DNA of 63,946 nt, counting the filler, from Corallochytrium limacisporum Hawaii (taxonomy: Eukaryota > Protista > Pluriformea), in assembly GCA_002811645.1 (NCBI GenBank). It is 6 parts of 6 records of this genome, joined end to end, with 100 filler letters (N's around TTAATTAATTAA, not from the genome) between each part and the next. Parts side by side here need not be neighbours in the genome. Positions count along the whole stretch, not along the records: positions 21,496 to 33,996 come from PDIP01000191.1; 5 more parts are not named here. The stretch is one strand, 5' to 3'. Position 1 is the stretch's first letter. Each line of letters opens with the position of its first letter. This document shows positions 22,955 through 31,596 of this stretch, in pieces. Under the pieces are notes generated by a model that saw only the letters and a program-made list of their open reading frames with translations, was not told the DNA's origin and made no database searches. The position numbers and the translations under genes are program-made.

Positions 22955-23880
22955 ATGGTTCGCCTGATTTCCCTTGCTGTTATGGCTGCACTGGGCATGG
23001 CCAACGTAGCCCTGGCTCTCCTTGTGCCCGACGTGACTGTGACAAACTCTTCATGCCCTACACAGAATGAGTGCTATGGACACTGCTGGCCGCAACACGA
23101 AGAACTCTGTGTTCAGAACTCTGAAGGNNNNNNNNNNNNNNNNNNNNNNNNNNNNNNNNNNNNNNNNNNNNNNNNNNNNNNNNNNNNNNNNNNNNNNNNN
23201 NNNNNNNNNNNNNNNNNNNNNNNNNNNNNNNNNNNNNNNNNNNNNNNNNNNNNNNNNNNNNNNNNNNNNNNNNNNNNNNNNNNNNNNNNNNNNNNNNNNN
23301 NNNNNNNNNNNNNNNNNNNNNNNNNNNNNNNNNNNNNNNNNNNNNNNNNNNNNNNNNNNNNNNNNNNNNNNNNNNNNNNNNNNNNNNNNNNNNNNNNNNN
23401 NNNNNNNNNNNNNNNNNNNNNNNNNNNNNNNNNNNNNNNNNNNNNNNNNNNNNNNNNNNNNNNNNNNGTTGCTACTATTGCGAGAAAATGAACACTGGCC
23501 GCGCGCCCGTTGCACGCGAGGTTGCTGTGCCCGAACCTGAAGTGCCCGACGTGACTGTGACAAACTCTTCATGCCCTACACAGAATGAGTGCTATGGACA
23601 CTGCTGGCCGCAACACGAAGAACTTTGTGTTCAGAACTCTGAAGGTTGCTACTATTGCGAGAAAATGAACACTGGCCGCGCGCCCGTTGCACGCGAGGTT
23701 GCTGTGCCCGAACCTGAAGTGCCCGACGTGACTGTGACAAACTCTTCATGCCCTACACAGAATGAGTGCTATGGACACTGCTGGCCGCAACACGAAGAAC
23801 TTTGTGTTCAGAACTCTGAAGGTTGCTACTATTGCGAGAAAATGAACGCTGGCCGCGCGCCCGCTGCACCTGCCAACTAA
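22955..23880 (+). CDS. Secreted polyprotein of tandem six-cysteine peptide repeats (59-aa unit); contains an internal 340-N gap
   Basis: Signal peptide MVRLISLAVMAALGMANVALA, then repeated VPDVTVTNSSCPTQNECYGHCWPQHEELCVQNSEGCYYCEKMNTGRAPVAREVAVPEPE. Both sides of the gap (23128-23467) are the same repeat. Ends ..NAGRAPAAPAN-stop. Confidence 0.9.
23024..23865. repeat. 177-bp near-perfect coding tandem repeat, at least 3 and probably about 5 copies
   Basis: Units start at 23024, 23542 and 23719 (period 177). The 518 nt between the first and second visible starts is close to 3 x 177. Confidence 0.92.
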
Positions 23881-25114
23881 GACACCACATGTCCGCAAGA
23901 ACATTGTAAGTCACTTCCTCCGTGTCTCTTAGAGTCCTTAATCATGGTGGTTATCGATACTTTGGTTAATGTCTTGGAGTGGGCTTACGTGGCAAACAAA
24001 GCGTCGCTTTTTCAATTTGCTTCCAATAGAAAAACACCATGGACGTGTTTCTCGTTGGAGTACTTTTCCTGGATACCAATGAATAAACCTGACCATCTTG
24101 GAGGGAACAGCTAAACACATACCTTGAAAAGTATTGTCCATGAGCCTGAACACCATATGAACATGAAGCTCTCGAATACATGATGTGTTTGTTCTAGGAG
24201 TGTGCTGCACACCCTCCTCAAGGGCGTAGGGGGGGTGGGCGACGATATTGGTGAACGGCTACAAGTTCCTGAACCACCGGTGCCGTCTTCTGTTTGCAAT
24301 GCACGTCGCAAATTGTATTTGGCGCACTCATTCGGAGCAACAAAACAATTACTATAATTGGTTTCTTTCGGGATTTGGGCCTTTCCAGGTTCCCAGGATT
24401 ACTACATTCACTACCTGGTATGGTGCAAGACCTTCCCTGTGAGAGGGAAAAGGGTGAACATCCGGTTGGACACTACACTCTGCTTTTAGGATCGAGGGTC
24501 AATAGCTTAACAAGCCAATAAAGCTCGACAGTACACATTTTGGGAGACAGTGCCCCTATGTCAAGCAAGGCTTCGTAGAAGTACGTCCTGCTGGATGGTG
24601 GATATCTTCGATATTCCCTATGAAGACAAAAGTTTCAGCCTTCGACAGCGACCTGCGAGCTGTGCAGCACGAAATATCCCCCCGCCGCGAACAGGCTTTA
24701 TTGCTGAACAATTTCCTACTTCGATCCCCCCGGAGAAGGGGTTGGTTCAGTGAGCGGCTGGTACACTCATGGCCTCGCGCAGGTCCCAGGGCTTAGTCCA
24801 ATCTGGTTGGGAGGACAGTCATGCCAGTCTTCAAACAGTGTGTATTTTACTTACAGCGAAGAATAAGCTAGAAGGCCGGAGCTGAACGTACGGTTGTTTT
24901 TGTCAGAGCCACACTATGTGCCGGTGACATTTGTCAGCACATGCTGATAATACTAGCATCCTTCCCCTGTTCCTGACCGAAACAGCTTTACACAATTTCA
25001 GCTACAAATTAAATTGGTGGGGGGTAAGCGTATGTTCAGAAACAAGATTCCAGGTGAAACGATTCCTGTGAGTCAGATCTTCTTCTCCTCCACCGTGGCC
25101 CGAAAGAGATATTC

Positions 25115-28100
25115 ATGGATGGTTACTCGATGGGCCAATTAGCCCACTCATCGGTCAAGGTGGAGCCGACGGGTTTCAGTAACCACCTTCCGCTGAGGAG
25201 CCAGGATGCAATTGGCTGGGCCGCCATCTTGTGGGTTCTTCTTGTGTTTGTACCAATTCATGTCCGCATGGTTGACCGAACTGCGGGGTGGACGAAGCAA
25301 CAGCAGAAACCGTTGCCAATTTTGATGCCCACTCACAACATTAGACACATCACAAGCGCTTTGCTGGTGATGATGCTAATCGTGCACCTGATTTCTCTCT
25401 TGGTATTGCAATCAGCTGACAACGCGGCTGATGTTAGCATATATACATTTATGCTTCAGGGGATGCGCATAGGATTTGTGATATACACCATGTCCTACAC
25501 CATACGATGCGAGCAAGCATTAAATCTCTGGGGACTGGCGGTCGTAGCACCGTTCCACGGACTGACAGCTGTTGGGATTGTACTAGAAAATATCAGGCTC
25601 TTTGTCTACCTTGCAAAGACTATTTTCCAACCCAGTCACTACGGTGTGCTCTCTACAGTCATTGGTCTGGAAGTACTCAGTTTTGCTATGCTCACGGGCA
25701 TCGATCTCTCAGATATTATCGACCTTCTATCAAACCGCAAGACCTACAGTGATCGCATTCAAAGCGCGATTCACTGCAAACTATCTGGCGAAGATGCGTT
25801 GGGACATTACAGTGCAGTCGGAGCTGTCGATGAGGACGATAAAGAGAGGCATGAATTGGAAAACTTGGAGTACTTGCATGATTATGCATCCCTATGGTCC
25901 AAGGTACACTACCTATGGATCCAGTCAATTATGTCGAGAGGTAATGATCACTTCCTCGAGAGCGAGGATCTTGGGCGTAGCGCACCGTACGATAGTTCCC
26001 ACCTGGTTACAAACCGACTGGCCTCACTGTGGGAGGATGCACGGGCAAAGAATGTAAACCCCAACAAATGCCCGTCGGTATTAAATGTTGTCATGCTCAA
26101 TGGTTGCCAGGCTCTGGCGTTGAGTGCCTTTTGCAAACTGGCAGCCGACCTATTGGGTTTCGTGAACCCCCTGTTGGTAGGACAAGTCATCACTGCAATG
26201 GTGGCCATTCAGAACGGAGAGCACAAATCAATCCATCCGCCTACTGGGTACAAGGCTCATGGTCATGAATTGGCCCATGACATGACCTTTGGTGATCTAT
26301 TCCGCAGCGGGTACATGCTGGCCTTTACCATGCTCTGTGCCGGTGTGCTGCAGACTACATTTATGCAGTACCATCAGCACCTGGTAATTCGCGAAGGCAC
26401 AAGACAGAGGGTTGGATTGCAGAATCTGATATATTTGAAGACCCTAAAACTTCCCCTGTACGTCAAAGGTAAACAGTTCAGCACGGGTCAGATAACCAAC
26501 TATTTATCGACGGATGTCTCCAAGATCATGTTCTTCTTTTACTTTGGAAACTATGTCTGGGCCACCCCGCTGCAATTTCTGATTACCGTGCTCCTCCTCA
26601 CAGCTTACATCGGTAAAGGTGCACTGGTCGGCATTGCAGTCATGCTGCTGCTATCTCCGCTGCAGGCGGTAATTGCACGGGCCATGTCTAGGATTCAGAA
26701 GAGGACCATGGAAGTGACAGACCATCGCCTGAAGCTGACGAATGAAATCCTGCAGGGGATTAAAATTGTCAAATTCCAGGCTTGGGAAAAACCTCTGTCC
26801 GATAACATAGCTGCAACCAGAAGCCATGAGTTGCGTAATTTGCTTTTCAATTCCCTGCTCAACGCCATGAATTCGTTCCTATTCCAGGCTGGGCCGCCCC
26901 TGATGACATTCCTTTCCTTTGCAGCTTTTGTGCTGATCGATCACCAGGTTTTGACACCGCAAAAGGCCTTTACCGCATTGTCCTTGTTTGGTCTGCTTCG
27001 CGTGCCTCTTTCTGCTCTGCCGATTGTGTTCCGTAATGTCGTGGATGCAAGGGTGAGCGCAAAGCGTGTGGGTGAGTTTTTGATGGCAGACGAACTCGAG
27101 TTGACTCCGGCACAGGAGAACGGCCCAAACGCTCCGGTCGAGTCCGCAGGTGGTCATTCTTCCCGACTCTCTACACTGCACTCCAGTCCCCGGCATCTCA
27201 AACATCGGCGTTTGGCATCCATAACATACGAAGGCTTAAACTTTGGTTGGGGTGCCACCGCAAACAGTGTGGTGTTGCAGAATCTCCGCATGGAGATCCC
27301 CGTTGGTAAATTGACGGTGGTCTCTGGAATGGTCGGTTCTGGTAAGAGTTCTTTGCTCTACACTTTGCTAGGAGAGATGAACCAATTCACCAAGGACGGC
27401 AAGCTGGTACAGAACCGCTACCTTCCGCTAAAGGGACGTCGCTTGGCGTACGTGAGCCAACAAGCTTGGATTTTTAACGCCACAGTACGCGACAACATTA
27501 CCTACGGCTTAAGTTTTGACCACCAAAAGTACGAGCGCGTCCTAGATGAGAGTGGCTTGCGGGCCGATCTGAAAATTCTGTCTATGGGAGACGAAACGGA
27601 GATTGGTGAGAAGGGCATTAATCTGTCCGGCGGACAGAAGAGTCGCATTGCTGTGGCACGGGCCCTGTACTTTGATGCCGAAGTGTACCTGTTTGATGAC
27701 ATTTTGAGCGCCTTGGATGCTCATGTTGGCAAGCATGTCTTTGAAGCAGCTGTGCTTGGTCTGGTTCGCAAGCAGAAAACGGTCATTCTTGCCACTCACC
27801 AAAGATGGTGCATTCCTGCTGCACAGTACGTGATTCATCTATCAAAGAAGACAACACAGTTTGCGGGCCCCCTAAGGGATTTACAAAATGTATGCCATGG
27901 TGAATTTGCGCAGTACCTCGGGCTGAAGGAGGGCGACATATCTTCTGTAGAGGACTTGAGTTCTGAAAGCATGGATATCGGCCTCGGAAACATTCCTGGC
28001 ATTGGACAGGGTGACCAGAATGAAGACACTGAGCAGCTCCGTAGCATGGACTTTATCGCTTTGCCTCACCTTTCTGAAATGCATGGTGAGCGCATTGGTC

Positions 28101-30052
28101 ATTCATGTCATCGCAACACGATGCCAGAGACCAAGGGCATACGCGCCAATTCTGACGACGACATGATCGGCATACGCGCCAAGTCTGATGACGACATAAT
28201 CCGCATACGGCCTATGTCGGACGACGACATAATCGGCAGAGATAGCGCAGAGCAAATGCTTGAAGAAGACCGTGCGCGCAGGAGTCGGAAGGAGACCGGC
28301 AAACTTATTGCTGCTGAGGAGCGCGCAAAGGGCGCGGTGTCTTTTGCGGTGTATTCCAACTACGTTCAGGCTGTGGGTGTCGGCCTAGCCCTAGCCACTC
28401 TTCTGAACTTCATTGCCACGCGTTCCATGCAGGTGGCGACTGACACGTGGCTGAGTCTGTGGAGCAGTGCTGGAAAGGATACGGATGTTTGGTACTACCT
28501 CAAAGGCTACGCAACACTGACTGGAATCAGTCTCTCTCTCATTCTTCTGCAAGCGCTATTGGTAGCCGCCGTAGCTCAAGTCGGGTCTCGGCGCCTGCAT
28601 AAGTGGATGCTGGACGCTGTGATACGTGCACCTATGTCTTTCTTTAATTCCACACCGACTGGCCGGATTCTCAATCGCTTCAGCTCCGACATGAACACTG
28701 TAGACCAGCGCTTGGTGAGCAACATGAGCGCGCTGGTTAATCGTCTTCTGCAGATCACTGCGTCTGTCATAGTGCAGATTGTCGTTTCGCCGTGGTTCAT
28801 TCTACCAGTGGTCCCACTCGCTGTCCTGTATTACTTTGTACAGATCTATTTTCGCGCCGCCGCTCGGGAGATGCAACGCATCCACTCAGTATCACGAAGC
28901 CCCATATTTGCACATCTGTCTGAAACTATGGACGGCCTAGCCTCCATCCGCGCATTCGGACAAGTAGCTGTGGCTCGGGAGAAATTTGAGCACAAGTGCG
29001 ATACAAACACAGTAGCGTTCAACTTTCTCAATGCTGCAAACCGTTGGCTTGGTATCCGACTGGACTACTTGGGTTCGCTGATTACGTTTGGTGCAGCCAC
29101 GGCCATGATCATTGATGCCAAAGCCATTCCTTCCGGCCAGGCTGGCCTGGCACTTTCCTATGTTCTCAGCCTCACGGGTAGTCTGAATTGGCTGGTCCGT
29201 GCTACAGCGGACACGGAGATGAATATGAATAGTGTGGAGCGCATAAACTTCTACTCAAAACACCTTGAGATGGAAGAGACTGATGAAAATGCAAAACTCC
29301 AGCCTCCAGAAGACTGGCCTTCAAAGGGAGTCATTACGTTCAAAGATGCCTCCTTCACCTATAGGAAAGATATACCGTCAGCGGTAAAAGATCTCAGCGT
29401 GACATTTGAGGCAGGTCAGCGGGTGGGCATATGCGGTCGGACGGGCAGTGGCAAGTCTACCATTACACTGGCTCTGTACCGCATGCTCTACAAGACCGGC
29501 GGTAGTGTTTTCATCGATGGTATCGATACAACATCCATATCACTATCTGCCTTGCGCAGTCGCATAGCCATCATTCCTCAAGATCCGGTGTTGTTTCTGG
29601 GGACCGTTCGTTACAATCTAGATCCGGTGAATCAGTACTCTGACGTGGATTTGTGGCAGGCCTTAGAACTGGCTCAATTGAAGAGGGTTGTTCAAGAATT
29701 GGGTGGGGGTCTATCAGCCGCCATTGCGGAGAACGGTGATAACTTTTCCCAGGGACAAAGGCAGCTTTTCTGCCTCGCCCGTGCCATTCTCAACAGGAAG
29801 GCTAAAATCCTGGTTATGGATGAGGCGACGGCATCGGTCGACAGCCAAACGGACGAGGAGATCCAGCGTATCGTGCGGTCCGCGTTCGAAGACTATACGG
29901 TGGTTACGATTGCGCACCGTTTGAATACTATTTTGGATTACGACAAAATTCTTGTCATGGATTCGGGAAAGCGCATAGAGTTTGGTTTACCGGCACATCT
30001 GCTCGAGGACAAGAGCACAACCTTCTCATCCATGGTTAGCACCCAATCATAG
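25115..30052 (+). CDS. Long ABCC-family ABC protein (TMD0-TMD1-NBD1-TMD2-NBD2), sulfonylurea-receptor (ABCC8/9)-like
   Basis: 1645 aa, single exon. NBD1 GMVGSGKSSLL / LSGGQ / FDDILSALD. NBD2 GRTGSGKS / FSQGQRQLFCLARA / MDEATASVD. ADLLGF, AANRWL and LWQALELAQLK blocks resemble SUR. Confidence 0.93.
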   Translation: MDGYSMGQLAHSSVKVEPTGFSNHLPLRSQDAIGWAAILWVLLVFVPIHVRMVDRTAGWTKQQQKPLPILMPTHNIRHITSALLVMMLIVHLISLLVLQSADNAADVSIYTFMLQGMRIGFVIYTMSYTIRCEQALNLWGLAVVAPFHGLTAVGIVLENIRLFVYLAKTIFQPSHYGVLSTVIGLEVLSFAMLTGIDLSDIIDLLSNRKTYSDRIQSAIHCKLSGEDALGHYSAVGAVDEDDKERHELENLEYLHDYASLWSKVHYLWIQSIMSRGNDHFLESEDLGRSAPYDSSHLVTNRLASLWEDARAKNVNPNKCPSVLNVVMLNGCQALALSAFCKLAADLLGFVNPLLVGQVITAMVAIQNGEHKSIHPPTGYKAHGHELAHDMTFGDLFRSGYMLAFTMLCAGVLQTTFMQYHQHLVIREGTRQRVGLQNLIYLKTLKLPLYVKGKQFSTGQITNYLSTDVSKIMFFFYFGNYVWATPLQFLITVLLLTAYIGKGALVGIAVMLLLSPLQAVIARAMSRIQKRTMEVTDHRLKLTNEILQGIKIVKFQAWEKPLSDNIAATRSHELRNLLFNSLLNAMNSFLFQAGPPLMTFLSFAAFVLIDHQVLTPQKAFTALSLFGLLRVPLSALPIVFRNVVDARVSAKRVGEFLMADELELTPAQENGPNAPVESAGGHSSRLSTLHSSPRHLKHRRLASITYEGLNFGWGATANSVVLQNLRMEIPVGKLTVVSGMVGSGKSSLLYTLLGEMNQFTKDGKLVQNRYLPLKGRRLAYVSQQAWIFNATVRDNITYGLSFDHQKYERVLDESGLRADLKILSMGDETEIGEKGINLSGGQKSRIAVARALYFDAEVYLFDDILSALDAHVGKHVFEAAVLGLVRKQKTVILATHQRWCIPAAQYVIHLSKKTTQFAGPLRDLQNVCHGEFAQYLGLKEGDISSVEDLSSESMDIGLGNIPGIGQGDQNEDTEQLRSMDFIALPHLSEMHGERIGHSCHRNTMPETKGIRANSDDDMIGIRAKSDDDIIRIRPMSDDDIIGRDSAEQMLEEDRARRSRKETGKLIAAEERAKGAVSFAVYSNYVQAVGVGLALATLLNFIATRSMQVATDTWLSLWSSAGKDTDVWYYLKGYATLTGISLSLILLQALLVAAVAQVGSRRLHKWMLDAVIRAPMSFFNSTPTGRILNRFSSDMNTVDQRLVSNMSALVNRLLQITASVIVQIVVSPWFILPVVPLAVLYYFVQIYFRAAAREMQRIHSVSRSPIFAHLSETMDGLASIRAFGQVAVAREKFEHKCDTNTVAFNFLNAANRWLGIRLDYLGSLITFGAATAMIIDAKAIPSGQAGLALSYVLSLTGSLNWLVRATADTEMNMNSVERINFYSKHLEMEETDENAKLQPPEDWPSKGVITFKDASFTYRKDIPSAVKDLSVTFEAGQRVGICGRTGSGKSTITLALYRMLYKTGGSVFIDGIDTTSISLSALRSRIAIIPQDPVLFLGTVRYNLDPVNQYSDVDLWQALELAQLKRVVQELGGGLSAAIAENGDNFSQGQRQLFCLARAILNRKAKILVMDEATASVDSQTDEEIQRIVRSAFEDYTVVTIAHRLNTILDYDKILVMDSGKRIEFGLPAHLLEDKSTTFSSMVSTQS
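28136..28234. repeat. 33-bp coding repeat x3 (GIRANSDDDMI / GIRAKSDDDII / RIRPMSDDDII) in the ABCC NBD1-TMD2 linker
   Basis: Units start at 28136, 28169 and 28202. Confidence 0.92.
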
Positions 30053-31596
30053 ACGAGTGAGCCTCGACCTGCGTAAATCAATTGACGGATCTCGCACTTC
30101 ATAAATTCGGCCTGTGGGAGCGTACTATGTCACTATTCGGCCTACAATGTCGATGGACCTCCGTAAGTCAAACATGAGTTTGTGGATATGCGATGTTCCA
30201 CCACTGCATATCCCTCTTGGGGAAATGTAGTCTTAATGACGGGGTATAATTTGGCAGATGAAGCAGGGCGTATAGAAATTTTAACTGTGTAGGAAGGCAG
30301 AGTGGCGTGCTTTGTGTGAACACTACTGTGTGCAATAGGTTGGGGACTTTTATCAGCTCAGGGTTTCACAATGCTCAAATCACTATCGTATTTTTGCATG
30401 GGGCGATTACATTAACGTATAGACCCAATTCTTACTAGTCTCTCAATTTTTATGTCCAAAACAAGTGACGCCCACGTCAGAAAACGCGGGTACTAAAGAA
30501 ACCTGTCGAAATTCTGATTCTTGGCCCCGAACCCTCAATCTGTTATTCGATTACGAATGAAACAAGAATAATTTAGATATGATTGTTATTGATTATATTT
30601 GATTTGTATATGAGGTTTGCGTTTTCAAATGCATTTATATGAGTATAGTTCTTGTACTGATGTGGGGGTGGAAATATTGCAATCTGAAATGTTTATTTTT
30701 TGATTCAATTCAATATCCTATTTACGAATTAAGTCTGCGATCCTACTGTAGCACTATAGTAACCGGCAGCGTAAGCCCATTCTTCCAAAACTCCGATGTG
30801 CAGCTGTGTTTGTACCCGTGTCCGGCTACCAGAGAAGGTCGTGAAAGCTTTCTCAAGGAAACGGAGAATGGTAGTGCGGATCTGACCTTAGGGGAGCCCG
30901 TAAACACTTCCAATTCCTTGCTATTCAGTAACAACACCTAGCTCCGTTTTTCAGTGTGGTAGTAGTGAAGTCCACACCAATTAGACACCACTGTCAGTTA
31001 CTTCGCACACATCTTCCATAGACAATGTGACTCTATGGCCAATTCCACAACGGACAAACCGGGGAAAAATCCCGAAGAGTTTTACTAGGAGTTTCGTACC
31101 TTTGACAAAACTACTGTTTTGTAGGCGGGCTCTTTCACCTTTTTGTCCATCTGTGGTCCAAAGACTACCCACGCCACCGTGCTCTTCCGTGAAAGCCCAC
31201 GCACGGGAGCGCGGTGTCGTAAGGGAGCCCTGTGCCGCAACGGAAGGGAAACCTCAACGTTGTTCACAGCCAGAAGGGGGCGGGGGAGGGGAGGTGGAGA
31301 GCCCGCACTGGCATAATGTACCCGGAAAACTGAACTGGTCCATGGCGAATCAGCAACCTTTGCATCACCTTCGACGGTCAGCGTCAGATTGAAGTGATTA
31401 ATCAAGTAGATAATGCGTGCGAACTATCAACGACGGACCGGAGGCCACCCAGTTTTCTTTGAACCTTGTGTGAGCCTAGGACACCTTTTGGCGAGTTCTG
31501 GTGGGCAACTCCAGCTGGTATATTTAGGGCAATACTGTAGGTGAGAGATCTTTTACGAGAACAAAGTGGAATCGCTGTCTTCATCTATGCCTGTAA

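Noticed and set aside
23497-23550. Idea that the window's TPP1-like sedolisins trim the 15-aa spacer as five tripeptides
   Set aside because: Prolines at the scissile positions disfavour TPP1-type cleavage, and the genes lie on different contigs.
23024-23865. Tandem repeats as a CRISPR-like array
   Set aside because: In-frame coding repeats with no unique spacers; eukaryotic context.
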